Assembly: GCA_903859375.1 (NCBI GenBank)
Contig: CAIOMK010000033.1
Coordinates: 1 to 51,601, forward strand
DNA: 51,601 nt
From: Candidatus Moraniibacteriota bacterium
Lineage (GTDB): Bacteria > Patescibacteriota > Minisyncoccia > Moranbacterales > UBA1568
Direction: 5' to 3'
Position numbers and translations under genes: made by a program. How positions within the stretch are numbered: the first letter of the stretch is position 1; each line of letters opens with the position of its first letter. The notes below the pieces were generated by a model. That model saw nothing but the letters and a program-made list of their open reading frames with translations, ran no database searches and was not told the DNA's origin. This document shows positions 26,750-35,839 of this stretch, in pieces.

Positions 26750-27224
26750 ATTTTTGTGTCGGTCCGATACGTGTGCCTGATTTTTTTTTCAGTCACGGAT
26801 CGCCCCCTACTTTTTATATTACTTGTATTATAAAAGAATTTTCAAATCTGAGCAAGTTCATTTTTGGAATGGATGATGTTTCTTCCGGGCCCGTATCGTC
26901 GGTATGATCGTATGCTGATCCGATACGGAAAAGAAACGACAAAACATGATCGGTTCATGTGGTCCGTTGGCATGCACATGGGGCGAATGATCGAACGGTC
27001 TGCGGTGTCCTATCGGAAATGTTTCGTTGTCCGGTTCCCGTATGAGACCCATCCGTATTGCGGAGCGAGACTGCCCGACTGGGGGATGAATCGGCAGACA
27101 ATCATAACGATGACGGAATCGGAGAATGGGTATTCGCATCGTGGTCGGTGACCGGGTGCGGAATGACGATTGGCCACGAAATCGCCCGTGCCGGTCGGCT
27201 GGAGCTATTTCGTGACGGTGATAC

Positions 27225-27254
27225 TTGACAAAGTTTTATAATATGCGATAGTAT
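27225..27254 (+). promoter_or_regulatory. Candidate sigma-70 promoter
   Basis: TTGACA (27225-27230), an 18-nt spacer, then TAGTAT (27249-27254). Confidence 0.4.
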
Positions 27255-27359
27255 ATTTATTCGTAAATGAACGCAGGCTATTCCCTTTCGTAAGGCTTTT
27301 CCGGTTCATCCGGTGAGCGGACGGCGAAGGAGGATGCCGGAACTAATATTCACCGAATT

Positions 27360-28445
27360 ATGGCGAACGCGAAATCCAAGACATCGGCGACGAGGAAGGG
27401 TACACAGACGGTTTCGTCGGGGCATTCCGAGACGAAGTCTTTTTCTGGTGCGCTGAAATCGTTTTCCGAGTCGTTTATCCCGAGGACGAATGATATCGTA
27501 CAGGCGAGATTCGGGCTGTCCGGTTCGAAACCGAAGACGCTTGAGGAGATCGGGAAGACATACGGGATAACGCGCGAACGTGTCCGGCAGATCCTGGCGG
27601 GAGCATTCACTGCCGTGAAACAGCGCCGTGAAGACCCTATATTCGTCGCATTGTCCGAGCGGATCGAGACGGCGGTCAAGGAGCGGTCCGGTATCGTATC
27701 CGTCGATGATCTGTTCAAGGCGCTTGCCTCGGATTCGAAGACGGAGGCCGGTGCGCTGTCCTTTTTTCTCGAATGCGTGAAGAATGTGAAAGATGAGCGG
27801 GAAACGAAGGATCGGGTACGCTCGTATTCAATCGCCTCGTTTTCATTCGAGTCATGGGAGGCGGTGCATGATATCGCGGTCGCTATCGCGAAAGAAACCG
27901 AAAACGCATTGTCCGAGGACGAGTTCTTCATGAAGGCGAAAAAGAAAGGACTGTCCGTGGATCGCGACACGTTCTTCGGGTATCTCGCGGTCTCTTCTTT
28001 GATACGACGCAACCCGTTCGGTCGTTGGGGTCTCACCGAATCGAGCGAGATCACACCGCGCGGGACGAGAGAGAAGGCGTATCTCGTGCTCAAGATGCAC
28101 GGTTCACCGATGCACTTCAAAGACATCGCGAAGCGGATCGATCAGACCGGACTGCAGAAGCGCGGTCGCTCCACACATCCTCAGACCGTCCACAACGAGC
28201 TTATCAAGGACAACAAATTCGTCCTCGTGGGACGCGGACTGTATGCGCTTTCGGAATGGGGATTTGAGAAGGGGACCGTCCGCGAAGTCATCGACGCCGT
28301 ACTCCGCAAGGAAACCGTTCCGATGTCGCGCGAAGAGGTTATCGCCGAGGTATTCCGTGTCCGCACAGTGAAGCGTTCCACTATCGTCATCAATCTGAAT
28401 GCCTTTTTTGGCAAGGTCGGTAAAGACAGGTATACTGTGAAGTAG
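27360..28445 (+). CDS. DNA-binding protein with a sigma-70 region-4-like HTH and a C-terminal HARE-HTH domain
   Basis: KTLEEIGKTYGITRERVRQILAGA is region 4.2-like. AYLVLKMHGSPMHFKDIAKRI...VHNELIKDNKFVLVGRGLYALSEWG is HARE-HTH-like. No sigma region 2 was seen. Confidence 0.7.
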   Translation: MANAKSKTSATRKGTQTVSSGHSETKSFSGALKSFSESFIPRTNDIVQARFGLSGSKPKTLEEIGKTYGITRERVRQILAGAFTAVKQRREDPIFVALSERIETAVKERSGIVSVDDLFKALASDSKTEAGALSFFLECVKNVKDERETKDRVRSYSIASFSFESWEAVHDIAVAIAKETENALSEDEFFMKAKKKGLSVDRDTFFGYLAVSSLIRRNPFGRWGLTESSEITPRGTREKAYLVLKMHGSPMHFKDIAKRIDQTGLQKRGRSTHPQTVHNELIKDNKFVLVGRGLYALSEWGFEKGTVREVIDAVLRKETVPMSREEVIAEVFRVRTVKRSTIVINLNAFFGKVGKDRYTVK

Positions 28446-28558
28446 ATTTGTCTCCGAATTTTTCGGAGATTTTCTTCCGAACACATTTCCGTTCGGGGAG
28501 ATAAAACGGAAAATGGGACGGATTTCGCGCAACGTCGCGGTCCGAACCACAGACATCC

Positions 28559-29851
28559 ATGGATATCCTCCTCCTTTCATTTTCAAATATGTTCCGCGAC
28601 ATGGGGAATGCGTTCTCTTTGCTCGTGGATTTTTGGTATTTCATCCTGCCACCGATTTTTTACTACGTATTTTTGGAGCTGTGGCTCGATCATGTCCAGG
28701 ACCATTACGCGTCGGGTGTGAAATACGTCCTCCTCGAGATCATCACTCCGCGTGAGATCGAGAAAAGCCCGAAACTCATGGAATCGGTTTTTTCCGGTAT
28801 GGCCGGCGTCATGAAAACCTACAATACCTTCGAGGAATACGTCGGAGGGATGTATACGCCTCCGTTCAGTCTCGAGATAACGAGCAGCGCCGGCAGCGTG
28901 CATTTCTACGTGAGGACACCGGCGGTGTTTCAGAACCTCGTCGAGGCGAATTTCTTCGCACAGTATCCGGATATGGAAATCACGGAAGTTCCGGATTATG
29001 CCAAAAGCGCTCCGGCGACGATTCCGAATGACCAGTATGAACTGTGGGGCTCGGACTTCGAGCTGACGAAACCGGACCTGTATCCGATCAAGACATACAA
29101 ATTCTTCGAGGAAGACGTGACGGGCAAAATGATCGATCCACTCGCGTCCGTCATCGAAGTCATCGGAAAGCTTCCTCCCGGACAGACCATGTGGATCCAA
29201 TGGATCATCTCCCCGGAAAAAGAATCCTGGTACAAGAAGGGCGTGGAGACCGTCGATGCGTTCCTCGGCAAGGCGAAACCGGAAAAGAAAGGTGTTCTCG
29301 GCGGACTGATGACCGATATTTTCGACATCCTGCGCAACCTCACGAAGGCCCTTTTGACTACGCCCGAATTCGAAAAGGCGAAAAAGGACGACAAACAGGA
29401 ACAGCCTCTCGAGTTCCGTCTTTCACCCGGACAGAAGGATGTGCTGAAGGCGCTCGAGAGCAACCTCGGGAAACAGATGTACCGGACTAAGATGAGGATC
29501 ATCTATTTCGGGGTCCGCGAGGGATTCACCAAGACATTCGTCGCGATGATCACCGGTGCACTCAAGCAGTTCTCCGACAACAACCTCAATGGATTCAAGC
29601 CGGAATCGGCATCGAAGACTCAGGCCGACTTCCTGTTCGTCAACAAGCGGATGCGGTTCCTCCAGCGTCGTATCTATGCCCGATACATCGCCCGCGACCG
29701 GACCCCGTCCTCGAAACAATTCCTGCTTTCCGTCGAAGAGTTGGCGACGATATTCCATCCACCGGATCTTTCCGTCATGGCGCCGGCATTGACCCGTGTG
29801 TCAGCCAAGCGCGGATCGGCCCCGATGAACCTTCCAGTCCTCGAAGATTAG
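28559..29851 (+). CDS. Membrane protein of unknown function (430 aa), 5' partner of the coupling-ATPase-like gene
   Basis: N-terminal hydrophobic hairpin (FSLLVDFWYFILPPIFYYVFLELW). A 15-nt gap to the next gene suggests translational coupling. Confidence 0.75.
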   Translation: MDILLLSFSNMFRDMGNAFSLLVDFWYFILPPIFYYVFLELWLDHVQDHYASGVKYVLLEIITPREIEKSPKLMESVFSGMAGVMKTYNTFEEYVGGMYTPPFSLEITSSAGSVHFYVRTPAVFQNLVEANFFAQYPDMEITEVPDYAKSAPATIPNDQYELWGSDFELTKPDLYPIKTYKFFEEDVTGKMIDPLASVIEVIGKLPPGQTMWIQWIISPEKESWYKKGVETVDAFLGKAKPEKKGVLGGLMTDIFDILRNLTKALLTTPEFEKAKKDDKQEQPLEFRLSPGQKDVLKALESNLGKQMYRTKMRIIYFGVREGFTKTFVAMITGALKQFSDNNLNGFKPESASKTQADFLFVNKRMRFLQRRIYARYIARDRTPSSKQFLLSVEELATIFHPPDLSVMAPALTRVSAKRGSAPMNLPVLED

Positions 29852-29866
29852 CAATCGGAAAATCAT

Positions 29867-32089
29867 ATGCCCGAACCAAACGAAATCAGTTTCTTCGCCA
29901 AGACGAACTTCCGCAATCAGGAACGTATTTTCGGCATCAAGACCGACGATCGTCGCCGGCACATGTACGTGATCGGCAAGACCGGTATGGGCAAGACGAA
30001 CCTGCTCGAGAATCTCGCGATCCAGGACATCAAGCACGGCAAAGGCGTCGCGTTCATCGACCCGCACGGCGACACGGCCGAGAAACTCATCAAGGCGATA
30101 CCGGCGGAACGTATCAACGACGTCATCTATTTCAATCCGTCCGATCAGAACTTCCCGATCGCGTTCAATGTGATGGAAAGCGTCGATCCGGAATACAAAC
30201 ATCTCGTCGCATCCGGACTCGTCGGTGTCTTCAAGAAACTGTGGGCCGATTCGTGGGGTCCGCGACTCGAATACATCCTGCGAAACGCTATCCTGGCACT
30301 TCTCGAATATCCGGGATCGACGTTGCTCGGCGTGACGCGCATCCTCGTCGACAAGGACTATCGCGAACGGGTCGTGGCCAAAGTGACCGATCCGGTGGTC
30401 CGTGCGTTCTGGGTGGACGAGTTCTCGAAGTGGAACGAACGCGTGTTGCAGGAGGTCATCTCTCCTATTCAGAACAAGGTCGGGCAGTTCCTCTCTACCT
30501 CGCTCATCCGCAACATCGTCGGCCAGACGGTGTCGTCGTTCGACGTGCGCGATATCATGGACAACCGCAAGATCCTCATCATGAACCTGTCCAAGGGCCG
30601 TGTCGGTGAGGACGCGAGCGCGCTTATCGGCGCGATGATGATCACGAAGATCCAGCTCGCGGCCATGGAGCGCGTGGACATGGCCGAAGAGGACCGTGCC
30701 GACTTCTATCTCTATGTCGACGAGTTCCAGAACTTTGCGACGGAATCGTTCGCGAACATCCTTTCCGAAGCCCGGAAATACCATCTCAATCTCATCCTCG
30801 CGAACCAGTACATCACCCAGCTTGACGAGAAGGTCGCGGACGCGATTTTCGGAAACGCCGGGACGATCATCTCGTTTCGTGTGGGAGCGGCCGATGCCGA
30901 AGTACTCGAGAAGGAATTCGAGCCGGTGTTCATGATGAACGACATCGTGAACCTTCCGAAATACAATGTCTATCTCAAACTGATGATCGACGGTATCGCT
31001 GGGGACGCGTTCTCCGCGACAGTGCTCCCTCCTATCTCGCTTGCGGACACACTCGACAACGAGGAGAAAATCATCCGTGTCTCACGTGAACGGTATGCGT
31101 CATCCAAGCAGGAAGTCGAGGACAAGATCCGCAGATGGAGCGGTATGCTGACCGACGAGGAACGCGCCGAGTTGCTTCAGAAAAAAAATGGGCCCGTCTC
31201 TGCGCCGGTCGCACAGATCAACCGTCCGGCACCGATCCGTCATGATCAGCCATCGGGTGGCGCCCGGCCGACACAGGCACGACAGGCTCCGCAGGCACCC
31301 GTCCGTCGCCCAATCGCACCCGCACCCGCACCCGCACCGGCACCGATTGTCCAGCCTGCACCGATCGTCCGACGCGAGCCCGAGCGACCGGCACAGCCGA
31401 TAGTGACAGCTGAAGTTCCGGTACGAGAAAATCAGCCCGTCGTGAAAGAAGTGACAGAAGAGTCCGTGATTCCGAGCGTCGAAGCACTTATCGTATCCCG
31501 ACCAGCAGAGGTCGATGTCGTCGTTTCCGAGCAAGAGATACCGACGGAGACGGTCATGCCGGAAGCTCCTGTGCCGATTCCGAGACGGGTCCCGACCATC
31601 GTGGAGGACGAGGACGAAGAGCTGCTCCTTGCGGCCGCGAACAAACCGGTGAAGCCGGCACGTGAATTTTTCGAAGAGCGTCAGATGTACCCGGCGTTGT
31701 GTGATACATGCGGTACGGAAATACGTGTCCCGTTTCAACCGGATGGGAAACGTCCGACCTTCTGCAAGGAATGTTTCAAGAGTCATCAGCGGGCGGTCAT
31801 AAAGACGAAGACGGATGCAGATCAGGAAGGGAAGGCCCCAGTCGAACCAGTTCGTCGACCGGCCGAACCGTATCGGAAAAAGGAATCGGTCCGTCCTGAG
31901 AAAAGTACGAGTGTCCATTCCTACATTCCCGACGAGGCTCCTATTTCCCTGTCCCGGGCGACGTTGGTCGCACCGAAGAAATTCCGACCGCTTCGTGAAC
32001 GACCTCTGCCCGACCTGAGTGCCGTCCGGAACATCATCGGCCAGACGAGGTCGAAAGAGGCTCATGAAAAGGACGATTCCGAGGAATAG
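29867..32089 (+). CDS. VirD4/TraD/TraG-like (type IV coupling protein-like, AAA-type) ATPase with a Pro-rich linker and a C-terminal CxxC-x17-CxxC zinc ribbon
   Basis: Walker A GKTGMGKT and Walker B FYLYVDEFQNF, with LILANQY afterwards. The linker is PAPAPAPAPIVQPAPIV. The zinc ribbon is CDTCGTEIRVPFQPDGKRPTFCKEC. Confidence 0.85.
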   Translation: MPEPNEISFFAKTNFRNQERIFGIKTDDRRRHMYVIGKTGMGKTNLLENLAIQDIKHGKGVAFIDPHGDTAEKLIKAIPAERINDVIYFNPSDQNFPIAFNVMESVDPEYKHLVASGLVGVFKKLWADSWGPRLEYILRNAILALLEYPGSTLLGVTRILVDKDYRERVVAKVTDPVVRAFWVDEFSKWNERVLQEVISPIQNKVGQFLSTSLIRNIVGQTVSSFDVRDIMDNRKILIMNLSKGRVGEDASALIGAMMITKIQLAAMERVDMAEEDRADFYLYVDEFQNFATESFANILSEARKYHLNLILANQYITQLDEKVADAIFGNAGTIISFRVGAADAEVLEKEFEPVFMMNDIVNLPKYNVYLKLMIDGIAGDAFSATVLPPISLADTLDNEEKIIRVSRERYASSKQEVEDKIRRWSGMLTDEERAELLQKKNGPVSAPVAQINRPAPIRHDQPSGGARPTQARQAPQAPVRRPIAPAPAPAPAPIVQPAPIVRREPERPAQPIVTAEVPVRENQPVVKEVTEESVIPSVEALIVSRPAEVDVVVSEQEIPTETVMPEAPVPIPRRVPTIVEDEDEELLLAAANKPVKPAREFFEERQMYPALCDTCGTEIRVPFQPDGKRPTFCKECFKSHQRAVIKTKTDADQEGKAPVEPVRRPAEPYRKKESVRPEKSTSVHSYIPDEAPISLSRATLVAPKKFRPLRERPLPDLSAVRNIIGQTRSKEAHEKDDSEE

Positions 32090-32160
32090 TCATGGAATGG
32101 GTACGGGTGTTCTTTCTTCCGCATCAAGTCGATTTCTGATATCATAAGTGAAAAGAACCT

Positions 32161-32277
32161 ATGGAATTCCGCAAACGTCACAAAAAATTGCACCTGGTTT
32201 TCATGATCATTTCGGTGATTGTCGCGCTTTCGATGGTGGCGTCTTCCCTCGCGATGCTGTTATTCTCCGGATCCTGA
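32161..32277 (+). CDS. Possible small membrane protein (38 aa)
   Basis: MEFRKRHKKLHLVFMIISVIVALSMVASSLAMLLFSGS has a basic N-terminus and one TM segment. It is below the ORF-track cutoff and ends 22 nt upstream of the FtsB-like gene. Confidence 0.35.
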   Translation: MEFRKRHKKLHLVFMIISVIVALSMVASSLAMLLFSGS

Positions 32278-32298
32278 TCGGGGTCGTACGTATCCACT

Positions 32299-32691
32299 AT
32301 GAAAATTCCGCTGTTCGCGAAATTGTCGCTCGTAATACTCGTTGTCGGGACGGGGGCCGTTCTCTCATCCAGCTGGAAGGAAATGGAACGGTCGAAACGG
32401 ATCGAGGCGGAAGTGGATTCTCTCCGACAGGAAGCCGATCGGATCCGTGGGGAGAACAGGACGGTCGAGGAAAAGATAGCCTTTTTTTCAACCGATTCGT
32501 TCGAGGAACGTGCTGCCAAGGAAAAACTCGGTATGAAAAAAAAGGATGAGCAGGCGGTCATGTTGGACACGGGAACAATGGCGGGTCAGGAATCGTCGGC
32601 TCGGGAAGAGACCGGTCCGGTCAGTCCGAAAGTTTCCTCGGACATGCCGAATTATCGGAAATGGGGGATATATTTCGGGATGATGAAATAA
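32299..32691 (+). CDS. Septum formation initiator (FtsB/DivIC-like)
   Basis: N-terminal TM, a coiled coil (RIEAEVDSLRQEADRIRGENRTVEEKI), and the family motif ..D.FEERAAKEKLGMKKKDE. Confidence 0.75.
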   Translation: MKIPLFAKLSLVILVVGTGAVLSSSWKEMERSKRIEAEVDSLRQEADRIRGENRTVEEKIAFFSTDSFEERAAKEKLGMKKKDEQAVMLDTGTMAGQESSAREETGPVSPKVSSDMPNYRKWGIYFGMMK

Positions 32692-32706
32692 AAAATAAAA
32701 AGAGAC

Positions 32707-33783
32707 ATGAAACATATGATACGAAACGAATATATACGGAAAATCTGGGGGGAATGGAGGATCGGATCCTGGCTGTTCGGCGTGGGGAGCGCGTTGTTCG
32801 TGGTCATTGTGTTCAGTCTGGCGTTCGCGTATCTCGCCCCCAATTCGTGGGGCATCACCGGACAGGTACGGGACAGACTCCCGTTTCCGGTCGTGATGAT
32901 CGGTTGGCAAAGTGCCGCCTCGTTTCATGATGTCGCCCGTAGCCTTTCTTCCGTCCGTCATTTTTATGAGAGTCAGGATTTTTCCTCGGTCGGCATGCGT
33001 GTCGATTTTACGACGGAGGACGGGAAGAAACGACTCAAGATACGTGAACGCGAAATCATCAACCGGATGATCGAGAACGATGTGATCCGCAGGCTCGCCG
33101 ATCGTGATGGTATTTCCGTGACCGAGGAACAGGCAACCCAGGCTGTATCCGATCAATTGAAAGTCAAAGGGAACGACACCAAAGCCGTGGAAGATCGGCT
33201 GACCAAACTCTACGGATGGAATATCCCCGAGTTCACCGAAAACGTCGTCCGACCGTCCCTGTATGAGGAAGAGCTTACCAAGCGGTTCGAGGCCGATTCA
33301 TTACGTTTCGCGGCGGCGAAGGGCAAGGCCGACGACGCCAGGAAGAGTCTTGACGACAGCCGATCATTCTCCGATGTCGCTCATGATTTTTCCGATGGCC
33401 GTACGGCTGACAAAGGCGGGGATATCGGATGGATATCATATGACGCCCTCGCGGCGCCTCTTCAGGATGTCGCGAAGAAACAGAAAATAGGCGTTCCGAC
33501 CGGCGTCATCGAAAGCGGGCTTGGATTCCATATCATCGTCGTGAATGAACGGAAAACCGAAAATGGGAAAGAACTCGTCGAGCTGAGTCAGATATTCCTG
33601 AAAAAGCAGACGTTCGGCGATTGGCTGGCGGAAGAAATGAAAGGAATGCCGGTCCATGTGCTGGCACCCGAGTACGAATGGAACCGTGATACGGCCCGGG
33701 TGGAATTCCGCGATCCCGTTCTCCAAGATTTTGAAAAGAACCTCCTACAGAATTCCGAAGGGGATGCCTCGGTACAGTTCTGA
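32707..33783 (+). CDS. Membrane-anchored parvulin-type peptidyl-prolyl isomerase (PrsA/SurA-like)
   Basis: N-terminal TM, and a PpiC domain FSDVAHDFSDG.TADKGGDIGWISY...GFHIIVV. Confidence 0.85.
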   Translation: MKHMIRNEYIRKIWGEWRIGSWLFGVGSALFVVIVFSLAFAYLAPNSWGITGQVRDRLPFPVVMIGWQSAASFHDVARSLSSVRHFYESQDFSSVGMRVDFTTEDGKKRLKIREREIINRMIENDVIRRLADRDGISVTEEQATQAVSDQLKVKGNDTKAVEDRLTKLYGWNIPEFTENVVRPSLYEEELTKRFEADSLRFAAAKGKADDARKSLDDSRSFSDVAHDFSDGRTADKGGDIGWISYDALAAPLQDVAKKQKIGVPTGVIESGLGFHIIVVNERKTENGKELVELSQIFLKKQTFGDWLAEEMKGMPVHVLAPEYEWNRDTARVEFRDPVLQDFEKNLLQNSEGDASVQF

Positions 33784-33889
33784 TCGCACTGAAAACTTTT
33801 ACGAGGTATATACGTAGGATTCGTACAATGCTGTCTTTTTTCATGCCTTCCCGTTCTTTCGGATAGAAACAACAATAATCATATCCCGT

Positions 33890-35215
33890 ATGGAAAACGA
33901 ACCACTCATCTCGTCCGATATTCAGAACAGAGAAGTGCCATCGTCCGAGACGGTCGCTCCGTTCCGCAGTCATCATACGGCCTTCGGTAAGGCTGTGTTC
34001 CTGTTCTCGGCCGTCATACTTTCATTGTTGTCCGGATTCGTCGGTTCCATGCTGGAGCGACGTCTCTCGTCGTCCGTGCCGAATATCCCATTCCTGTCGT
34101 CATTCCTGCAACCCGCTGTCGTGATGGATGATGGAAAGCAATCAGGCGCCGTCTCACAGATCGCGACCGACACGGGAGCGGAGACACTCGTCGGTATCGT
34201 CGATCGATCGTCATCGGCGGTCGTGTCGGTGGTCGCGACCAAGGAAGTCACGCAGTCGGGGCGGTTCGGCGGTCTTCCGTTCTTCTTCGGACAGTTTGGT
34301 TATGGCTCTGGCGGTCAAAACGGAACGGATCAGGGCACGACCGAGAAACAGAAAGTGGGAAGTGGGACTGGATTTTTCGTTTCGACCGACGGACTCGTCG
34401 TCACGAACAAACATGTCGTGTCGGATGTGACGGCCGAATATACCGTCGTTCTTTCCGGAGGGAAAGAATATCCCGCCAAGGTGCTTGCCCGGGCGACGAA
34501 TCGTGATATCGCGGTGCTCAAAATCGAGGGTGACAGTTTCTCTGCGCTTCCGCTTGGTAACTCAGCCTCGCTCAAGGTCGGCCAGACCGCGGTCGCGATC
34601 GGCAACCCGCTCGGGGAATTTCCGAACTCTGTTTCCCGCGGAATCATCTCCGGACTGAATAGGAATGTGACGGCCGGTAGCAGACTCGGAGATTCCGAGA
34701 CACTCTCCGACATCATACAGACGGATGCGGCGATCAACCCGGGCAATTCCGGCGGTCCGCTCCTCGATCTGGCCGGCAACGTGATCGGTATCAATGTCGC
34801 GACCGCGCAGGGTGCGGAGGGAATCGGATTCGCCATCCCGATCGATCAGGTGAAACGGACCATCGATGACGTGAAGACGACCGGCAAGATCTCGACTCCG
34901 TTCATCGGCATCCGCTATGCAATCATCGACGAGGCGACGAAACAGGCGAACAATCTTCCGTATGCCTATGGTGCGCTCGTGCTTCGCGGGACCAAGCAGA
35001 CCGATCTCGCAGTCATCCCGGGGTCGCCGGCGGACAAGGCCGGTATCGTCGAGAACGATATCATCCTTGAAATCGACGGGACCAAACTCGACACGGATCA
35101 TCCGCTCGGAAATGTCGTGGCCGACCATCGCACCGGGGACATACTGACACTTAAAGTCTGGCACAAGGGGGCGGAAGTGACGGTGCAAGTGACGCTCGAG
35201 GAACGACCGCAATAA
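33890..35215 (+). CDS. HtrA/DegP-family serine protease with a PDZ domain
   Basis: Catalytic motifs TNKHVV (His), DIAVLKI (Asp) and GNSGGPLLD (Ser). C-terminal PDZ (GSPADKAGIVENDIILEIDG). N-terminal TM anchor. Confidence 0.93.
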   Translation: MENEPLISSDIQNREVPSSETVAPFRSHHTAFGKAVFLFSAVILSLLSGFVGSMLERRLSSSVPNIPFLSSFLQPAVVMDDGKQSGAVSQIATDTGAETLVGIVDRSSSAVVSVVATKEVTQSGRFGGLPFFFGQFGYGSGGQNGTDQGTTEKQKVGSGTGFFVSTDGLVVTNKHVVSDVTAEYTVVLSGGKEYPAKVLARATNRDIAVLKIEGDSFSALPLGNSASLKVGQTAVAIGNPLGEFPNSVSRGIISGLNRNVTAGSRLGDSETLSDIIQTDAAINPGNSGGPLLDLAGNVIGINVATAQGAEGIGFAIPIDQVKRTIDDVKTTGKISTPFIGIRYAIIDEATKQANNLPYAYGALVLRGTKQTDLAVIPGSPADKAGIVENDIILEIDGTKLDTDHPLGNVVADHRTGDILTLKVWHKGAEVTVQVTLEERPQ

Positions 35216-35225
35216 GTCCGGAAGT

Positions 35226-35405
35226 TCATCCGTACAAGTCAGCCATCCCTCCATACAAGGCAGTCGTAAAGTATCCCTCCATACAAGGCAGTCGTAAATC
35301 ATCCATCCGTACAAGGCAGTCGTAAAGTATCCCTCCGTACAAGGCAGTCGTAAGGTATCACTCCATACAAGGCAGTCGTAAATCATCCATCCGTACAAGG
35401 TCGCT
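35226..35405 (+). repeat. 28-bp tandem repeat, about 6.5 copies, in the htrA 3' UTR
   Basis: tacaagg recurs at 35254, 35282, 35310, 35338, 35366 and 35394 (period exactly 28). The consensus is tccctccatacaaggcagtcgtaaagta. There are no spacers. Confidence 0.95.
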
Positions 35406-35443
35406 AAAGGACGGTTCCCGTGATAAGGGAACCGTCCTTTTCG
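35406..35443 (+). terminator. Intrinsic terminator of htrA
   Basis: 14-bp perfect stem aaaggacggttccc/gggaaccgtccttt with loop gtgataa and a T-run. Confidence 0.9.
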
Positions 35444-35476
35444 ACTCTCCGTTCAATATCCTCTCTTCGGTCTTTC

Positions 35477-35502
35477 ACTACCATATAATATTATATGGTA
35501 GT
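35477..35502. promoter_or_regulatory. 26-bp perfect palindrome ACTACCATATAATATTATATGGTAGT (copy 1 of 3)
   Basis: Self-complementary by direct reading. It contains TATAAT on both strands. Confidence 0.9.
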
Positions 35503-35515
35503 ACGGGGCGGAGAG

Positions 35516-35589
35516 AAGGGGAGAGGAGGAGGAAAGGGAAGGAATATTATGCCATAAAAATACGGATTCTCTCCGAGGACCGTCCTCGG
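35516..35589 (+). repeat. 74-bp direct repeat, copy 1 (purine tract plus palindromic hairpin)
   Basis: aaggggagaggaggaggaaagggaaggaatattatgccataaaa...attctctccgaggaccgtcctcgg. It matches 36861-36934 at about 68 of 74 positions, with an offset of exactly 1345 bp. Confidence 0.9.
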
Positions 35590-35839
35590 CGGCCGAAACA
35601 ACGTCCAGTCGCAGTACTCGAGAATGATATGATCACGGCTCTCTGGACCGCCACGCAGAGCCTCGCGGAGACAGACTTCTTCGGCTTTGCGAGGCTATGG
35701 AGCACAGTATGATACGTCACGTGCAGGTTGCGGTGAACGCTTGCTTTTATTCATATGAGATGGTTTGATATACAACTACGTTTTTTGAAAATATTTCTGC
35801 AAAACGGGATCAATCCCAAAAAAATAAAAGGAGAGAGAT

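Noticed and set aside
26858-27151. Overlapping 93-aa (-) and 95-aa (+) ORFs in the 610-bp gap
   Set aside because: They are mutually exclusive. Both are rich in R, M, W, H and C, and neither has an SD or any motif.
27334-27459. Upstream ORF starting at the ATG at 27334, next to AAGGAGG
   Set aside because: The SD-like motif touches the ATG with zero spacing. The roughly 41-codon product is almost pure Arg-rich nonsense in a frame overlapping the real gene.
29801-32065. Minus-strand ORFs 29801..30784 and 31100..32065 opposite the coupling-ATPase gene
   Set aside because: They are shadow ORFs with Arg/His/Asp-rich composition. The plus strand has Walker motifs and a zinc ribbon.
35226-35405. 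28-bp repeats as a CRISPR array
   Set aside because: The units are strictly head to tail with no unique spacers. No cas genes are present in the window.
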